A stretch of DNA of 64,000 nucleotides from Candidatus Woesearchaeota archaeon (GCA_964365855.1 CAYIRC010000002.1:1781-65780); one strand, 5' to 3'; counted from the first letter of the stretch, positions 19,517 to 30,305 are shown. Translations and numbers: made by a program. The notes: generated by a model from the letters alone, not told the origin.

Positions 19517-20709
19517 AAACTTTCTCTGACTTTAATTTTAAAGGAAAAATTGTATTATTAAGAACTGATATAAATTCTGATATTATTCATGGCAAAGCGC
19601 TGGAAAGCGAAAGAATAAAGCCTGCAAGCAAGACAATTTCTTATCTGTTAAAAAATGAGGCGCGGGTGATAGTTATAGCGCATCAGGGCAATCCAGGAAA
19701 ATCAGATTTCTTATCTTTAAAACAGCATGCAAAATTTTTAAATAAATATGTAAAAATAAAATTTATTCCAGATGTTATAGGAAGAAGAGCAGAAAAAGCC
19801 ATAAAAGAATTAAAGCCAAAAGAAGCGATTCTTCTTGACAATATTCGTTTGGAGGAAGATGAATTTCAGCCGTATAAGAAAAAAAATAAAATTCTTAAAT
19901 TTTTTCTGCCCAAGATAGATATTTATGTGAATGATGCTTTTTCTGTTTGTCATAGAGAGCATACGTCTATTGTTTCATTTCCAAAATACAAGCCGAGTTA
20001 TGCTGGGATACTACTGGAAAAAGAAATCTCAGCCTTAAAAAAAATAAGCATAAAAAATTGCCTTTATATACTAGGGGGGGCAAAACCTGAGGATAATATA
20101 AAACTTTTTAAAAAAAGAAAAAAGATTATTGTAGGTGGCATATTCGGGCAGATGTGCCTTATAGCTGAAAATCATAATCTTGGAAAAAATAATGAAAGAG
20201 AAAACAAAAGCACTGTAAAAAACTATGATGAGATTATAAAAAAATTAAAAAAGAAATTGAAAAGCTTAAAAATTATAACGCCGATTGACTATGCTGTTGA
20301 AATTAATAATAAGAGAAAAGAATTTTCTTTGAAAGATTTCCCAACAAAATATATAATATATGATATTGGTAAAAAAACTCAAGAAAAATTTATAGAAGAA
20401 ATTAAAAAAGCAAAGGCAATATATATGAAAGGCCCGCTAGGGTTTGCTTCAAAAAATAATTTTTCTGAAGGAACATTCAAAATTTTAAGAGCCATAGCAA
20501 AAAGCCCTGCTTTTTCGCTTATCGGTGGCGGGCATTTATCCGATGCAATAAAAGTATCAAAAATTCCAGAATCAAATTTCTCGCATATTTCTCTTTCTGG
20601 GGGGGCCCTATTAAATTATATTGCAGGTGAAAAACTTGCAGGGCTTAAAGCCTTAAATTTACATGCATTGCAACAGATAATAAGGCCGGTAAATCAATTA
20701 AAAAAATAA
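19513..20709 (+). CDS. pgk: phosphoglycerate kinase
   Basis: 398 aa; KGKIVLLRTDINS N-terminus and Gly-rich hinge regions typical of PGK; 4-bp overlap with gap. Confidence 0.9.
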   Translation: MKTFSDFNFKGKIVLLRTDINSDIIHGKALESERIKPASKTISYLLKNEARVIVIAHQGNPGKSDFLSLKQHAKFLNKYVKIKFIPDVIGRRAEKAIKELKPKEAILLDNIRLEEDEFQPYKKKNKILKFFLPKIDIYVNDAFSVCHREHTSIVSFPKYKPSYAGILLEKEISALKKISIKNCLYILGGAKPEDNIKLFKKRKKIIVGGIFGQMCLIAENHNLGKNNERENKSTVKNYDEIIKKLKKKLKSLKIITPIDYAVEINNKRKEFSLKDFPTKYIIYDIGKKTQEKFIEEIKKAKAIYMKGPLGFASKNNFSEGTFKILRAIAKSPAFSLIGGGHLSDAIKVSKIPESNFSHISLSGGALLNYIAGEKLAGLKALNLHALQQIIRPVNQLKK

Positions 20710-20931
20710 TCTTTTATAGGCAGTGAATTTTTCTTGGAGAAAACTAACTAAACTCTTTTTTAATTCTTGGCGACTTCTAACCATCAAATTTATATCAATC
20801 ATAACTCTAAGATAATTTGGGTAAAATTCCCTTTCTCCCTCTTTTAACCATATCTGAAAATTCTTTCCAACAGTATAAAATTAACAAAACCTTTATTAAT
20901 TCATTTCCATTTGATATTTTAAAGAGGAAAA

Positions 20932-21843
20932 ATGCCAGCATCTAATCTTGTTAAGAATTATCCTGCCGATATTAATAATGCATATTTCCTAAAAACGCCT
21001 AAATTAAAAAATAAAATAGAAAGAATAGCGGTTTTTGGCATGGGCGGATGCTATGTAGCCGGATTAGTCTTAAAGGAGCTTTTAAGAGAGGAAATTTCAG
21101 TTGAGCTCTCTCCGCATATTAAAACATCATCAAAAATACTTTCTATATTTTTAAGCTATTCTGGAAATACAAAAGAAATAATAAATTATTTTGAAAAATC
21201 AAGCCCAAATTCTCTTGTAATTACTTCGGGCGGGCGGCTTTTAAGGCTTGCAGAAAGAAAGAAAGCCATGATAATAAAGATTCCGGAGAATATGCACCAA
21301 AGATTTACTTTTCCTTATATCTTCTTTCCATTAATAAAATTTCTTGAAGAAAACAGCATAATAAAGAAAAAGAATATAAGCAAAATAATAAAAACACTGG
21401 AAAAAAACCAGATGGCTGTTGAAAAACAGGCAAAAGTTATTATTGAAAGATTAAATAATAAAATCCCGCTTTTTTATGCCTCTAACTTTTTCTTTCCAAC
21501 AGCTTATGCATTAAAGGTTTATACAGAAGAAGATGCAAAAATTCTCTGCTATTCAGGCAGAATTACAGAGCTTTTTCATAATGAAATTGAAGCCCTGCCT
21601 GATAAAAAGTTTTTTCCTATTTTGATTATTGATAAAGAAGAAACCAAAAATTTTGAAAATCAAATAAATTTCTTTAAAAAATACATTAAAAATTTTTATG
21701 AAATCGACTTCAAAAATTTCTCAAGAGAGGAAAGAATGTTTCTTATACTTAATTTAATTAATTATTTTAGTTGCTCTCTTGCCCTTAAAAGAGGGGTAGA
21801 ACCATTTAAAACATTAATTTCAGATAAAATAAAAAAATTGTAA
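20932..21843 (+). CDS. bifunctional phosphoglucose/phosphomannose isomerase-like SIS-domain protein
   Basis: FGMGGC and SYSGNTKE SIS signatures; ~300 aa as in archaeal PGI/PMI. Confidence 0.65.
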   Translation: MPASNLVKNYPADINNAYFLKTPKLKNKIERIAVFGMGGCYVAGLVLKELLREEISVELSPHIKTSSKILSIFLSYSGNTKEIINYFEKSSPNSLVITSGGRLLRLAERKKAMIIKIPENMHQRFTFPYIFFPLIKFLEENSIIKKKNISKIIKTLEKNQMAVEKQAKVIIERLNNKIPLFYASNFFFPTAYALKVYTEEDAKILCYSGRITELFHNEIEALPDKKFFPILIIDKEETKNFENQINFFKKYIKNFYEIDFKNFSREERMFLILNLINYFSCSLALKRGVEPFKTLISDKIKKL

Positions 21844-21844
21844 A

Positions 21845-22960
21845 ATGAAAAGTATAATTGAAGAATGCTATGAAAAAGCAAAAGATTGCATAGATAAAAA
21901 CAAATTTAAGAAGGGCATATTTGCTTCGCCAGGATATCATGCAATCTGGGCACGCGACAGCATGATTTCTTTAATTGGAGCTTCCGCAACAAAAAACTTT
22001 AAAGAGATGTTCAGGGAAAGCTTGATTACTCTTGCTTCGCATCAGAGCAAAAAAGGACAGATACCAAATGCAGTTGATAAATGGAGCAAAAGAAAGAGCC
22101 ATGTTGATTACCAGTCAATAGATTCAACTTTATGGTTTATAATAGGTGAATATTGGTATAAGCATATTTATCAAGATTCATTGATATTCAATAAACATAG
22201 AAAAAAAATTGAAAATGCTTTGCTATGGCTGGGTTATCAGGATTTTTCAGAGTCAGGATTGATTGTTCAGCTTCCTACAACAGACTGGCAGGATGCTTTC
22301 CCCCACAAGTATGGCTGGACAATAAATACGCAGGCACTTTACTATTGTGTTCTAAAAATAATCAAAAGAGATAAAGAAGCAGAAAAATTAAAGATTCTTG
22401 TTAATAGCGACAATGATCATTGTTTATGGAATGGCTCATTCTATAATGCTTATAGATGGAAAAATCACGGAAAATACAAGGAAAAAGGAGGATGGTTTGA
22501 TTCATTAGGAAATTTGCTTGCAATTTTATTTGGCCTTGCTGATAAAGATAAATCTGAAAAAATCCTAAACTATATACAGCAGAAAAAAATAAATCAGCCT
22601 TATCCAATTAAAGCAATTTTTCCCCCAATTGAAAAAGGAGATACAGACTGGCAGGACTATTATCTTGACTGCGATGCAGGCAAGCCATTTCATTATTTAA
22701 ATGCAGGAATTTGGCCATATATCGGCTCGTTCTATATTCTCGCATTGATAAAACTAAAAAAATTTGATGAAGCAGAAAAAGAATTGGAGAAACTTGCTGA
22801 ATCCAATCTTAAAGGAAATTTTCCAGAATGGATAAATCCTTTAACAAAAGAGACTTATGGCAGTCTTCAAGCATGGGATGCAGGCACATACATTCTTGCA
22901 TACGAATCATTTAAAAACAAGAAATTATTTTTTGATTGCTCAAACTGGGTGAGATACTGA
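21845..22960 (+). CDS. six-hairpin glycosidase-like protein (amylo-alpha-1,6-glucosidase / GDE_C-like)
   Basis: AIWARDSMISLIG resembles the W(G)RD...ISL(P)GL motif of GDE_C family proteins. Confidence 0.5.
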   Translation: MKSIIEECYEKAKDCIDKNKFKKGIFASPGYHAIWARDSMISLIGASATKNFKEMFRESLITLASHQSKKGQIPNAVDKWSKRKSHVDYQSIDSTLWFIIGEYWYKHIYQDSLIFNKHRKKIENALLWLGYQDFSESGLIVQLPTTDWQDAFPHKYGWTINTQALYYCVLKIIKRDKEAEKLKILVNSDNDHCLWNGSFYNAYRWKNHGKYKEKGGWFDSLGNLLAILFGLADKDKSEKILNYIQQKKINQPYPIKAIFPPIEKGDTDWQDYYLDCDAGKPFHYLNAGIWPYIGSFYILALIKLKKFDEAEKELEKLAESNLKGNFPEWINPLTKETYGSLQAWDAGTYILAYESFKNKKLFFDCSNWVRY

Positions 22961-22981
22961 AATTTTTTATTAAAAGAAAAG

Positions 22982-24148
22982 ATGATAAAAACAAAAAAAG
23001 ACAAAATACTTATTGCTCCAAAAGATATAAAGCCAAGCTCTCCAGAGATGGAGATTTTAGGCACAATCAATCCAGCAGCAGTAAGGCTGCCCAATAAAGA
23101 TATAATGCTTTATGTCAGGGTAATAGAAAGATTAAAAAAAACAAGAGATGAAAACTACTGCTATTCTCCGAGAATGGTTGGAGAAAATTCTTTTCAGATG
23201 AAAATAGATAAATTTCCAAAAAACCAGATAGAAAGAGAATCAGAGCTTGATTTTGTTTTTAAAGATGGAACAAAAAGATTAACTTTTGTTTCTCATCTAA
23301 GAAGAGTTATACTTGACAAATCAGGATTTAAAATTAAGCAAATTGATGCTAAACCAAGTTTCTATGGAGTGGCATGGGATGGCGAGTTAGGAATAGAAGA
23401 CTCAAGAATAACTAAGATAAATGACATTTATATTATGACTTATGTGGCTCTTTCGAGAGAAGAAGACATATCAACAAGTTATGCAATCTCAAATGACTGC
23501 ATAAACTGGTACAGAAGAGGAATTATTTTTGGCACACAAGACAAAGATGTGGTAATTTTTCCAGAAATGATTGATGGAAATTACATTGCATTTGACAGGC
23601 CAGAAGGAAACTTTCAATTCAGCCTGCCGCATATTTGGGTTGCATATTCTAAAAATCTTGATTCATGGGGGCATCTAAAATCAATACGCCTGTCAAAAAA
23701 GGGAGAATGGGACCATTCGAGAATAGGGGCAGGCCCGCCACCAATAAAAACAAAAGATGGATGGCTTTTTGTCTATCATTGCGTTTTAGAATACTCCCAG
23801 CTAGCCAGAAGAATAAAACAAACCAGAAAAATCAAACTCGGTTTGACTGATGAAGAAGGAAAAAAGTATATCTACTTAGTTGGAGCAGCTTTGCTAGATT
23901 TAAAAGACCCTACAAAAGTTATAAAAAAATCAAAAGTTCCAATTATTGTCCCTAAAAAAGATTATGAAAAAGGAACTTTTGAAAATAAAGACGTCGTATT
24001 TCCCACGGGCTTGGTTTCTGATTTGAATAGCAAGGATTTGCTTATATTTTCAGGAGGAGGGGATATTGTTGTTTCTGTAAAAAAAGTTGGCCTGAAGGAT
24101 TTACTTAATGCTCTTGAACCTTTTTTATGCATTGTAAGAAATATTTAG
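22982..24148 (+). CDS. GH130 family glycoside phosphorylase/hydrolase (mannoside phosphorylase-like)
   Basis: IGAGPPPIKTKDGWLFVYHCV matches the conserved GH130 GAGPPPI...GW...YHG segment. Confidence 0.6.
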   Translation: MIKTKKDKILIAPKDIKPSSPEMEILGTINPAAVRLPNKDIMLYVRVIERLKKTRDENYCYSPRMVGENSFQMKIDKFPKNQIERESELDFVFKDGTKRLTFVSHLRRVILDKSGFKIKQIDAKPSFYGVAWDGELGIEDSRITKINDIYIMTYVALSREEDISTSYAISNDCINWYRRGIIFGTQDKDVVIFPEMIDGNYIAFDRPEGNFQFSLPHIWVAYSKNLDSWGHLKSIRLSKKGEWDHSRIGAGPPPIKTKDGWLFVYHCVLEYSQLARRIKQTRKIKLGLTDEEGKKYIYLVGAALLDLKDPTKVIKKSKVPIIVPKKDYEKGTFENKDVVFPTGLVSDLNSKDLLIFSGGGDIVVSVKKVGLKDLLNALEPFLCIVRNI

Positions 24149-25284
24149 CTTATCCCAAGCTTTTCTCTTGTAGCATCTAATATTTTTTTGGAAGTTATTT
24201 TATAATCAAAATTTTCAACAGCATGCTGTCTTGCTGCTTTTCCCATTTTTTCATTAAGATGTTCATCTGTTAATAATTTAAGAGTGAATTCTTTTAAATC
24301 ATTAATATCTGCTCTATATGCAAATGTTTTTGGCTCGCTAAATTTTATTATCTCTTTTTTCTTAAAGCCCATATGAGGATATACCCATTCTTGATTTAAT
24401 ATTATCTCTTCTGCTACTTTGGCAAGAAAACCAGTTTTATTATGCACTATGGTTTCAGAAGGCCCCATTTTATTTATAGAAATTACCGGCTTGCCACAAG
24501 CCATTGCTTCAACCTGGACCATTCCAAATCCTTCTATTCTTGAGGGAGCAGCGCAAATATCACAGGCATTTAGCAGGTAAACCATATACTCCGGAGTAAA
24601 AATATCATCTATAAATACAACTTTATCTGTTAATCCCAATTCGCTTAATAATGCTAGTTCTTTCTCTCTCCATTCACTGGCGCATTCACTTGGATAAGAT
24701 TTGCATACATACTTCCAATTTCCATATTCTTTATTAACTTCAGCCAATGCTCTAAACATTTCTTGCACACCTTTTGATGTAACATCGCCGCCTGCTGTCA
24801 AAATCATTTTTTCGTTTTCTTTAATTCCAAGCATTTCTTTAACTGCTTTTTTCATATCATCATTCTCCATCGGCCTGAACAATTCTGTATCAATGCCAAT
24901 ATGCATTGGTATTATTTTGCTTACATCAATTTTATCTCTTTCATAAATGCTTTTTACCCAATCGCTTGTTGTAAACATTAAATCAAGTTTATCGAAATCT
25001 TCTTTATAATTAGCAACCCACCCGTCTGCGTTAAACCATGGCACTGGCTTTACGCCATATTTTAATGGTTCTCTTACAATATCAGGCACATTGCCCCAAA
25101 ATCCAATTCCAAAAGAAACATCTGGCTTAAAATGCTTAAGATAAAATGTTTTCTGCATACTGTCTCGAAAATGGCAAGGAATGGCATTTACTCCATGATA
25201 TTTCAAGCCTCTATAAAGATATTCGCCCTGCAAACTCTGCCCATCGCACTCAAAAGGATAAGCATATAATACTAATGCTTTCAT
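24145..25284 (-). CDS. glycosyltransferase family 4 (PIG-A/MshA/BshA-like)
   Basis: EGFGMVQVEAMACGKPVISI...ETIV (E-x7-E GT4 motif). Confidence 0.8.
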   Translation of the reverse strand: MKALVLYAYPFECDGQSLQGEYLYRGLKYHGVNAIPCHFRDSMQKTFYLKHFKPDVSFGIGFWGNVPDIVREPLKYGVKPVPWFNADGWVANYKEDFDKLDLMFTTSDWVKSIYERDKIDVSKIIPMHIGIDTELFRPMENDDMKKAVKEMLGIKENEKMILTAGGDVTSKGVQEMFRALAEVNKEYGNWKYVCKSYPSECASEWREKELALLSELGLTDKVVFIDDIFTPEYMVYLLNACDICAAPSRIEGFGMVQVEAMACGKPVISINKMGPSETIVHNKTGFLAKVAEEIILNQEWVYPHMGFKKKEIIKFSEPKTFAYRADINDLKEFTLKLLTDEHLNEKMGKAARQHAVENFDYKITSKKILDATREKLGIS

Positions 25285-25853
25285 TCTATATCAAAAGCCT
25301 CTGCATCCCCGCAAGTTTTTTCTTCAAATCCATTTTTCTGAAAACCATAAATATTCATTATAATCTTCTTTTTTATTAAAAAAATTTCGCGCTTTAAATT
25401 TATAAATTTATCTGCATTTTTGTTTGGATATGCATATTTGTTATTCTTCAAATATGAAAAGAAAAAAACTTTTTTTGCCCTTAATTTGTTATTTAATAAC
25501 ATTTCTTTAACTGCACTATGAATTTCTATATGCCTTATATGCCCGTACTCGCCGTTTTTTCCATGTGCAAAGATATAATCAAATTCTCCATCTGCAAATT
25601 CCTGTATTCTTCCCTTGATTTCCTCTAAAGATATTGGTTTAAGATTCTCATCTTCCAAATCAGACATAAATCCTTTTGCTTGGTATTCCTGACATGCTTT
25701 AAAAAACTTTGGAGCCCTGTCTTTGTCTTCGCGCCTGCATAAACTTATTATTATTGTATCCCAATTATTTTTATTTTCAAGAAGCAAGCCACCCATCCAA
25801 ATTAATTCATCATCTGGATGAGCTATAATAACTAGCACTTTTTCCTTCTTCAT
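25281..25853 (-). CDS. LmbE/PIG-L family N-acetylglucosaminyl deacetylase
   Basis: VLVIIAHPDDELIWMGG (AHPDDE PIG-L signature); 4-bp overlap with the downstream GT4 gene. Confidence 0.8.
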   Translation of the reverse strand: MKKEKVLVIIAHPDDELIWMGGLLLENKNNWDTIIISLCRREDKDRAPKFFKACQEYQAKGFMSDLEDENLKPISLEEIKGRIQEFADGEFDYIFAHGKNGEYGHIRHIEIHSAVKEMLLNNKLRAKKVFFFSYLKNNKYAYPNKNADKFINLKREIFLIKKKIIMNIYGFQKNGFEEKTCGDAEAFDIE

Positions 25854-25911
25854 CTAAAACAAAGGATTTTTAATTAGATAAATCTTTCTAAACAAAAGAG
25901 ATGAAGTTAAA

Positions 25912-26820
25912 ATGGAAAATTTTGATGTAGTTAGTTTCGGTTCTGCAGTTATAGATGTTTTTGTGAATACTGAAGCAGTTGAAAGAGGAGATTTTATGTG
26001 CTATATTATAGGCAGCAAGATTTTAATTAAAGATTTAAAATTTGATATAGGCGGAGGAGGAACTAATACTGCAGTTGCATTTTCCCGCCTTGGATTAAAA
26101 GCAGGATATATAGGAAAAATAGGAAAAGATTTAGAGGGCATAAAAATTTTAAATATGCTAAAAAAAGAAAAAGTCAGCTTTCTTGGAAAAATCGATAAAG
26201 GGCAGACAGGATACTCCATAATACTCGACAGCGCAAATAAGGACAGAACAATTTTAGCATTTAAGGGAGTAAATAATGAATTTTTATTGAGTGATATAGC
26301 TAAGTTCAGGACAAAATGGCTTTATTTTTCTTCTTTGCTTGAAAAAAGTCTGGAAACACAGAAAAAGCTTGCTAAAATTTATGCTGGCAAAGGAGTAAAG
26401 CTTGCATTTAATCCTAGCTCTTATTTAATAAAAAATGAGCGGCTTGATGAAATTTTAAAATTTACCAGTATATTAATTTTAAACAAAGAAGAAGCAATAG
26501 CTTTATCAAAAGAATCATCGCAAGATAGAATAATAAAAAAACTGCATGCTCTTGGCCCAAAAATAATTGTTATAACAAATAAAGACAAAGAAGTTATTTG
26601 CTCTGATTTTTTAAAATTATATAAAATAATGCCGCACAAAAATATAAAAGTAGTCGAAAGAACAGGCGCCGGTGATGCATTTGCTTCAGGATTTGTTGCA
26701 GGGCAGATTACAGGGAAAAGCATAGACGAAAGCTTAAAACTCGCTCTTTCAGAGTCAGAAGCAGTGGTTCAGCATTTTGGCGCAAAAAATAACTTAATTA
26801 GAATGAGGTTAAAGAAATAG
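25912..26820 (+). CDS. PfkB-family carbohydrate kinase (ribokinase-like; possible ATP-dependent phosphofructokinase)
   Basis: GGGGTNTAVAFSRLG and GAGDAFASGFVAG PfkB signatures. Confidence 0.85.
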   Translation: MENFDVVSFGSAVIDVFVNTEAVERGDFMCYIIGSKILIKDLKFDIGGGGTNTAVAFSRLGLKAGYIGKIGKDLEGIKILNMLKKEKVSFLGKIDKGQTGYSIILDSANKDRTILAFKGVNNEFLLSDIAKFRTKWLYFSSLLEKSLETQKKLAKIYAGKGVKLAFNPSSYLIKNERLDEILKFTSILILNKEEAIALSKESSQDRIIKKLHALGPKIIVITNKDKEVICSDFLKLYKIMPHKNIKVVERTGAGDAFASGFVAGQITGKSIDESLKLALSESEAVVQHFGAKNNLIRMRLKK

Positions 26821-26824
26821 GAAA

Positions 26825-27130
26825 ATGAAAGCTTGGTTAAAAGGGGGACTGATAGGAGGAATTATTGGAGCATTGATTTGGTTATACGATTATGATTTTT
26901 TGTTAAATATGGGTGGAGCATCAAAACCGATAAGTGATTCTATAAGAATATTTTTTGGGAATCTATTTGGTATCTCTATAAATACAAACCCTATGGGAGA
27001 ATTGTCTGTTATGCCATTTAATCCATTTTTTTCATTATTGATATTAATCTTCTTTTGTCTTATTATTGGAATAATTATTGGTTTTGTTATCGGAAAATTA
27101 AGGAGAAGAAATGAAAGTCAATATAAATAA
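26825..27130 (+). CDS. small membrane protein (101 aa, two predicted TM helices)
   Basis: Hydrophobic segments at both ends of the ORF; no recognisable motif. Confidence 0.4.
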   Translation: MKAWLKGGLIGGIIGALIWLYDYDFLLNMGGASKPISDSIRIFFGNLFGISINTNPMGELSVMPFNPFFSLLILIFFCLIIGIIIGFVIGKLRRRNESQYK

Positions 27131-27854
27131 AATTTTGCGGAAAGGCAAGGCATTATTTCTTGCTTATGACCAGGGGCTTGAGCACGGGCCTATGGATTTT
27201 AATGATAAAAATGTTAATCCTGAATATATAATAGAAATAGCAAAAAAAGGAAAATTTAATGCAATAATATTCCAGAAAGGAATTGCTGAAAAATATAAAA
27301 AAGAGATAAAAAAAGCAAAACTAAATTTAATCCTAAAGCTGAATGGCAAGACATCTTTCATTAAAAAAAATCCTATATCCAGGCAGCTCTGCACAATTAA
27401 TGAAGCTATTAATTTAGGAGCAGATGCAGTTGGCTATACAATTTATCTTGGCTCCAAGCGTGAAGCAGAAATGTTTCAGGAATTTGAAAATATAGAGCGC
27501 GAAGCGCATAAAAAAGGACTTCCTGTAATTTTATGGGTTTATCCTTCAAGCAAGAAAAAAGAAAATGCAGAGTTTATGGCATATTCAGCAAGAATCGGAC
27601 TAGAATTAGGAGCAGATATAATAAAAATAAAATATTTTGGAAGCAAAGAAGATTTGAAATGGGCTGTAAAATCAGCTGGAAAAGCAAAGATAGTTATTGC
27701 AGGAGGCATTAAAAAACAAGAAGCAATGTTATTGAAACAAATTAAAGATATAATCGATACTGGCTGTATTGGGTTGGCTATAGGCAGAAATATATGGCAA
27801 TCCAAGAACCCTATGAAATTAACAGAGAAAATTAGGAAGGTAATATGGAAATGA
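27111..27854 (+). CDS. fba: class I fructose-bisphosphate aldolase (DhnA/FbaB family)
   Basis: LAYDQGLEHGP motif and ~250 aa length of archaeal class IA aldolases; context with TIM, GAPDH and PGK. Confidence 0.7.
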   Translation: MKVNINKILRKGKALFLAYDQGLEHGPMDFNDKNVNPEYIIEIAKKGKFNAIIFQKGIAEKYKKEIKKAKLNLILKLNGKTSFIKKNPISRQLCTINEAINLGADAVGYTIYLGSKREAEMFQEFENIEREAHKKGLPVILWVYPSSKKKENAEFMAYSARIGLELGADIIKIKYFGSKEDLKWAVKSAGKAKIVIAGGIKKQEAMLLKQIKDIIDTGCIGLAIGRNIWQSKNPMKLTEKIRKVIWK

Positions 27855-28852
27855 AAATTGCGTTTTTTGAAACAGAAGATTGGGAAGAAGAATACTTAAA
27901 AAGAAAAATAAAATTTCATGAACTTGTTTTTTTCAGAAATAAATTAAGCGAGGAGGTTATTAAATTAGTATGCAATGCAGATATACTCTCTATATTTGTT
28001 TATTCTAAAATTGATAAAAGTTTACTTAGCAGATTTAAAAATCTCAAGGCAATTGTTACTAGATCCACTGGTTTTGATCACATTAATCTTAAAGAATGCA
28101 AGAAAAGAAATATTTCTGTTTTAAATGTCCCCCATTACGGAGAGAACACTGTAGCAGAACATACCTTTGCATTAATCCTTGCACTTTCAAGAAAAATACA
28201 TAAGTCATATGAAAGAACAATCAGAGGTAATTTTTCTTTGGAAGGATTGAGAGGTTTTGATCTTAAGGGCAAAACAATAGGGGTTATAGGCTTGGGAAGT
28301 ATTGGAAAGCATGTAGCTAGAATCGCAAAAGGTTTTGAGATGAATATTTTAGCTTATGATGTAAAAAAAGATAAAAGTTTTGCTGAAAAGTTTGGAATAA
28401 AATATGTTAAATTTGATTATCTCCTCAAGAATTCTGATATAGTTACTCTTCATTGCCCTTACAATAAAGAAACTCATCACTTAATTAACACAAAAAATAT
28501 AAAATTAATAAAAAAAGGAGCATATCTTATTAATACTGCGAGAGGTGGAAATGTAGAAACAAAAGCATTAGTTAATACTTTAGCAAATGGAAATTTAGGA
28601 GGAGCTGGATTAGATGTTCTTGAAGAAGAGTCTATAATTAAAGAAGAGATTCAGCTTCTGTCTAAGAATTTTCCAAAAAACAATCTTCAAAATCTTTTAG
28701 AAAATCATCTTTTATTAACTTTTGATAATGTTATAATAACACCCCATAATGCTTTTAACAGTGAGGAGGCTTTAACTAGAATCCTTGATACAACAATCGA
28801 GAATATAAAAGAGGTATTAGAAAATAAAAAGCTGGCTAATATTGTAAAATGA
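27845..28852 (+). CDS. D-isomer-specific 2-hydroxyacid dehydrogenase (glycerate/lactate/hydroxypyruvate reductase-like)
   Basis: GVIGLGSIGKHVARIAKGF Rossmann motif and the ITPH catalytic His region. Confidence 0.85.
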   Translation: MEMKIAFFETEDWEEEYLKRKIKFHELVFFRNKLSEEVIKLVCNADILSIFVYSKIDKSLLSRFKNLKAIVTRSTGFDHINLKECKKRNISVLNVPHYGENTVAEHTFALILALSRKIHKSYERTIRGNFSLEGLRGFDLKGKTIGVIGLGSIGKHVARIAKGFEMNILAYDVKKDKSFAEKFGIKYVKFDYLLKNSDIVTLHCPYNKETHHLINTKNIKLIKKGAYLINTARGGNVETKALVNTLANGNLGGAGLDVLEEESIIKEEIQLLSKNFPKNNLQNLLENHLLLTFDNVIITPHNAFNSEEALTRILDTTIENIKEVLENKKLANIVK

Positions 28853-28865
28853 GAAAAACTGAAAA

Positions 28866-29492
28866 ATGAAACCCCTAGTCGTTATTAACTTCAAAACATA
28901 CAAGCAAGGCAAAAAAGTTTTAAGCCTGGCAAAACAAATAGAAAAAGCAGATAAAAAAATAATAATCGGTGTTCAGGCATCAGACATAAAAGAATTGACC
29001 AGCAAAACAAAGCTTATGATTTTTGCGCAGCATGTGGATTATATGAATCCTGGGCGCGAAACAGGATATATACTGCCAGAGGCAGTAAAAGCAGACGGCG
29101 CTAAAGGAACTTTTCTAAACCATTCTGAGCATAAATTAAAATTTTCTATTTTGAAAAAAACAATTAAAAGATGCTTTGAAACAAATCTCAAAGTTGCTGT
29201 TTTTGCTTCTTCTTTGGCTCAAGCAAAAAAAATTCAAAAATTGAAGCCAGATTATCTTATTATTGAACCGCCAGAACTTGTAGCAGGAAAGATTTCAGTA
29301 TCTAAAGCAAAGCCAGAATTAATTAAAAAGATTGCAGAAGAATTAAATATGAAATTCCTCATCGGTGCTGGAATTCATTCAAGAGAAGATGTCAAGATTG
29401 CATTAAAGCTTGGAGCTTCTGGAATCGCTGTCTCAAGCGCAATAGTAAAATCAATAAATCCTTCAAAAAAGCTAAAAGAACTTATGATATGA
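28866..29492 (+). CDS. tpiA: triosephosphate isomerase, archaeal short type
   Basis: 208 aa; MKPLVVINFKTYKQG N-terminus and the PPELVAG / GAGI regions. Confidence 0.8.
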   Translation: MKPLVVINFKTYKQGKKVLSLAKQIEKADKKIIIGVQASDIKELTSKTKLMIFAQHVDYMNPGRETGYILPEAVKADGAKGTFLNHSEHKLKFSILKKTIKRCFETNLKVAVFASSLAQAKKIQKLKPDYLIIEPPELVAGKISVSKAKPELIKKIAEELNMKFLIGAGIHSREDVKIALKLGASGIAVSSAIVKSINPSKKLKELMI

Positions 29493-29555
29493 TATTAATA
29501 CGTGAGTAGAATTGCTCCAAATTAGATTTTCAACAAATCTAATTAATATCTATTT

Positions 29556-30305
29556 TTATAAAGAAGAAATCCATCCGCCGTCTATTACTAATTTTGCTCC
29601 TGTTATATAAGACGCAGAATCCGAGGCTAGGAAAACTGCTGCACCTGCTATATCTTCTGGTTTTCCAGTTTTCCCTAATGGTATTTTAGACAGCATTGCT
29701 TGTCTGGTTTTCTTGTCATTTAATAAGTCATTAGTCATTGCAGTTTCTATAACCCCAGGGCAGATTGCATTAATCCTAATTCCATATCTTCCCCATTCTG
29801 CAGATAAAGAATTCGTTAAACTAATTACACCGCCTTTGCTTGCACAATAAGCCGCTGCTTGCGCATAACCCGATAAGCCTGCAATAGAAGCTATATTGAT
29901 TATGCATCCTTCTTTTCTTTTAATCATATATTTTCCAGCGGCCTGGGCAAATAAAAAATATCCTTTTAAATTTATATCAATTATTTTTCCCCAATCCTCT
30001 TCATTCAATGTTTCACTTGAAGAAGGCCGGAATATTCCCGCATTATTTACAACTATATCAATTTTATTTAACCTTTTGACTGTTTCATCCACAGCAGATT
30101 CAACATCTTTTTTATTGGATGTGTCTACTTTTACATAAAAAGATTTTCTTTTTAGCAACTTAATCTTCTCTACAGTCTCATCTCCAGGAAGAATATCTGC
30201 AATAACAACATCTGCGCCAGCCCTTGCTAATTCTACAGCTATTGACTGGCCAATTCCCCGAGAGGCCCCTGTAACTAAAGCTACCTTATTTTTTAAATCA
30301 AACAT
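29556..30305 (-). CDS. SDR family oxidoreductase (3-oxoacyl-ACP reductase-like)
   Basis: TGASRGIGQSIA, NNAG, YCASKGG (TGxxxGIG, NAG, YxxxK). Confidence 0.88.
   Translation of the reverse strand: MFDLKNKVALVTGASRGIGQSIAVELARAGADVVIADILPGDETVEKIKLLKRKSFYVKVDTSNKKDVESAVDETVKRLNKIDIVVNNAGIFRPSSSETLNEEDWGKIIDINLKGYFLFAQAAGKYMIKRKEGCIINIASIAGLSGYAQAAAYCASKGGVISLTNSLSAEWGRYGIRINAICPGVIETAMTNDLLNDKKTRQAMLSKIPLGKTGKPEDIAGAAVFLASDSASYITGAKLVIDGGWISSL

Noticed and set aside
27111-27854. Alternative call as ADH synthase (archaeal aromatic amino-acid pathway) for the DhnA-family aldolase
   Set aside because: The LAYDQGLEHGP motif is shared by both. The genomic context (TIM, GAPDH, PGK, PfkB kinase) favours a fructose-bisphosphate aldolase.
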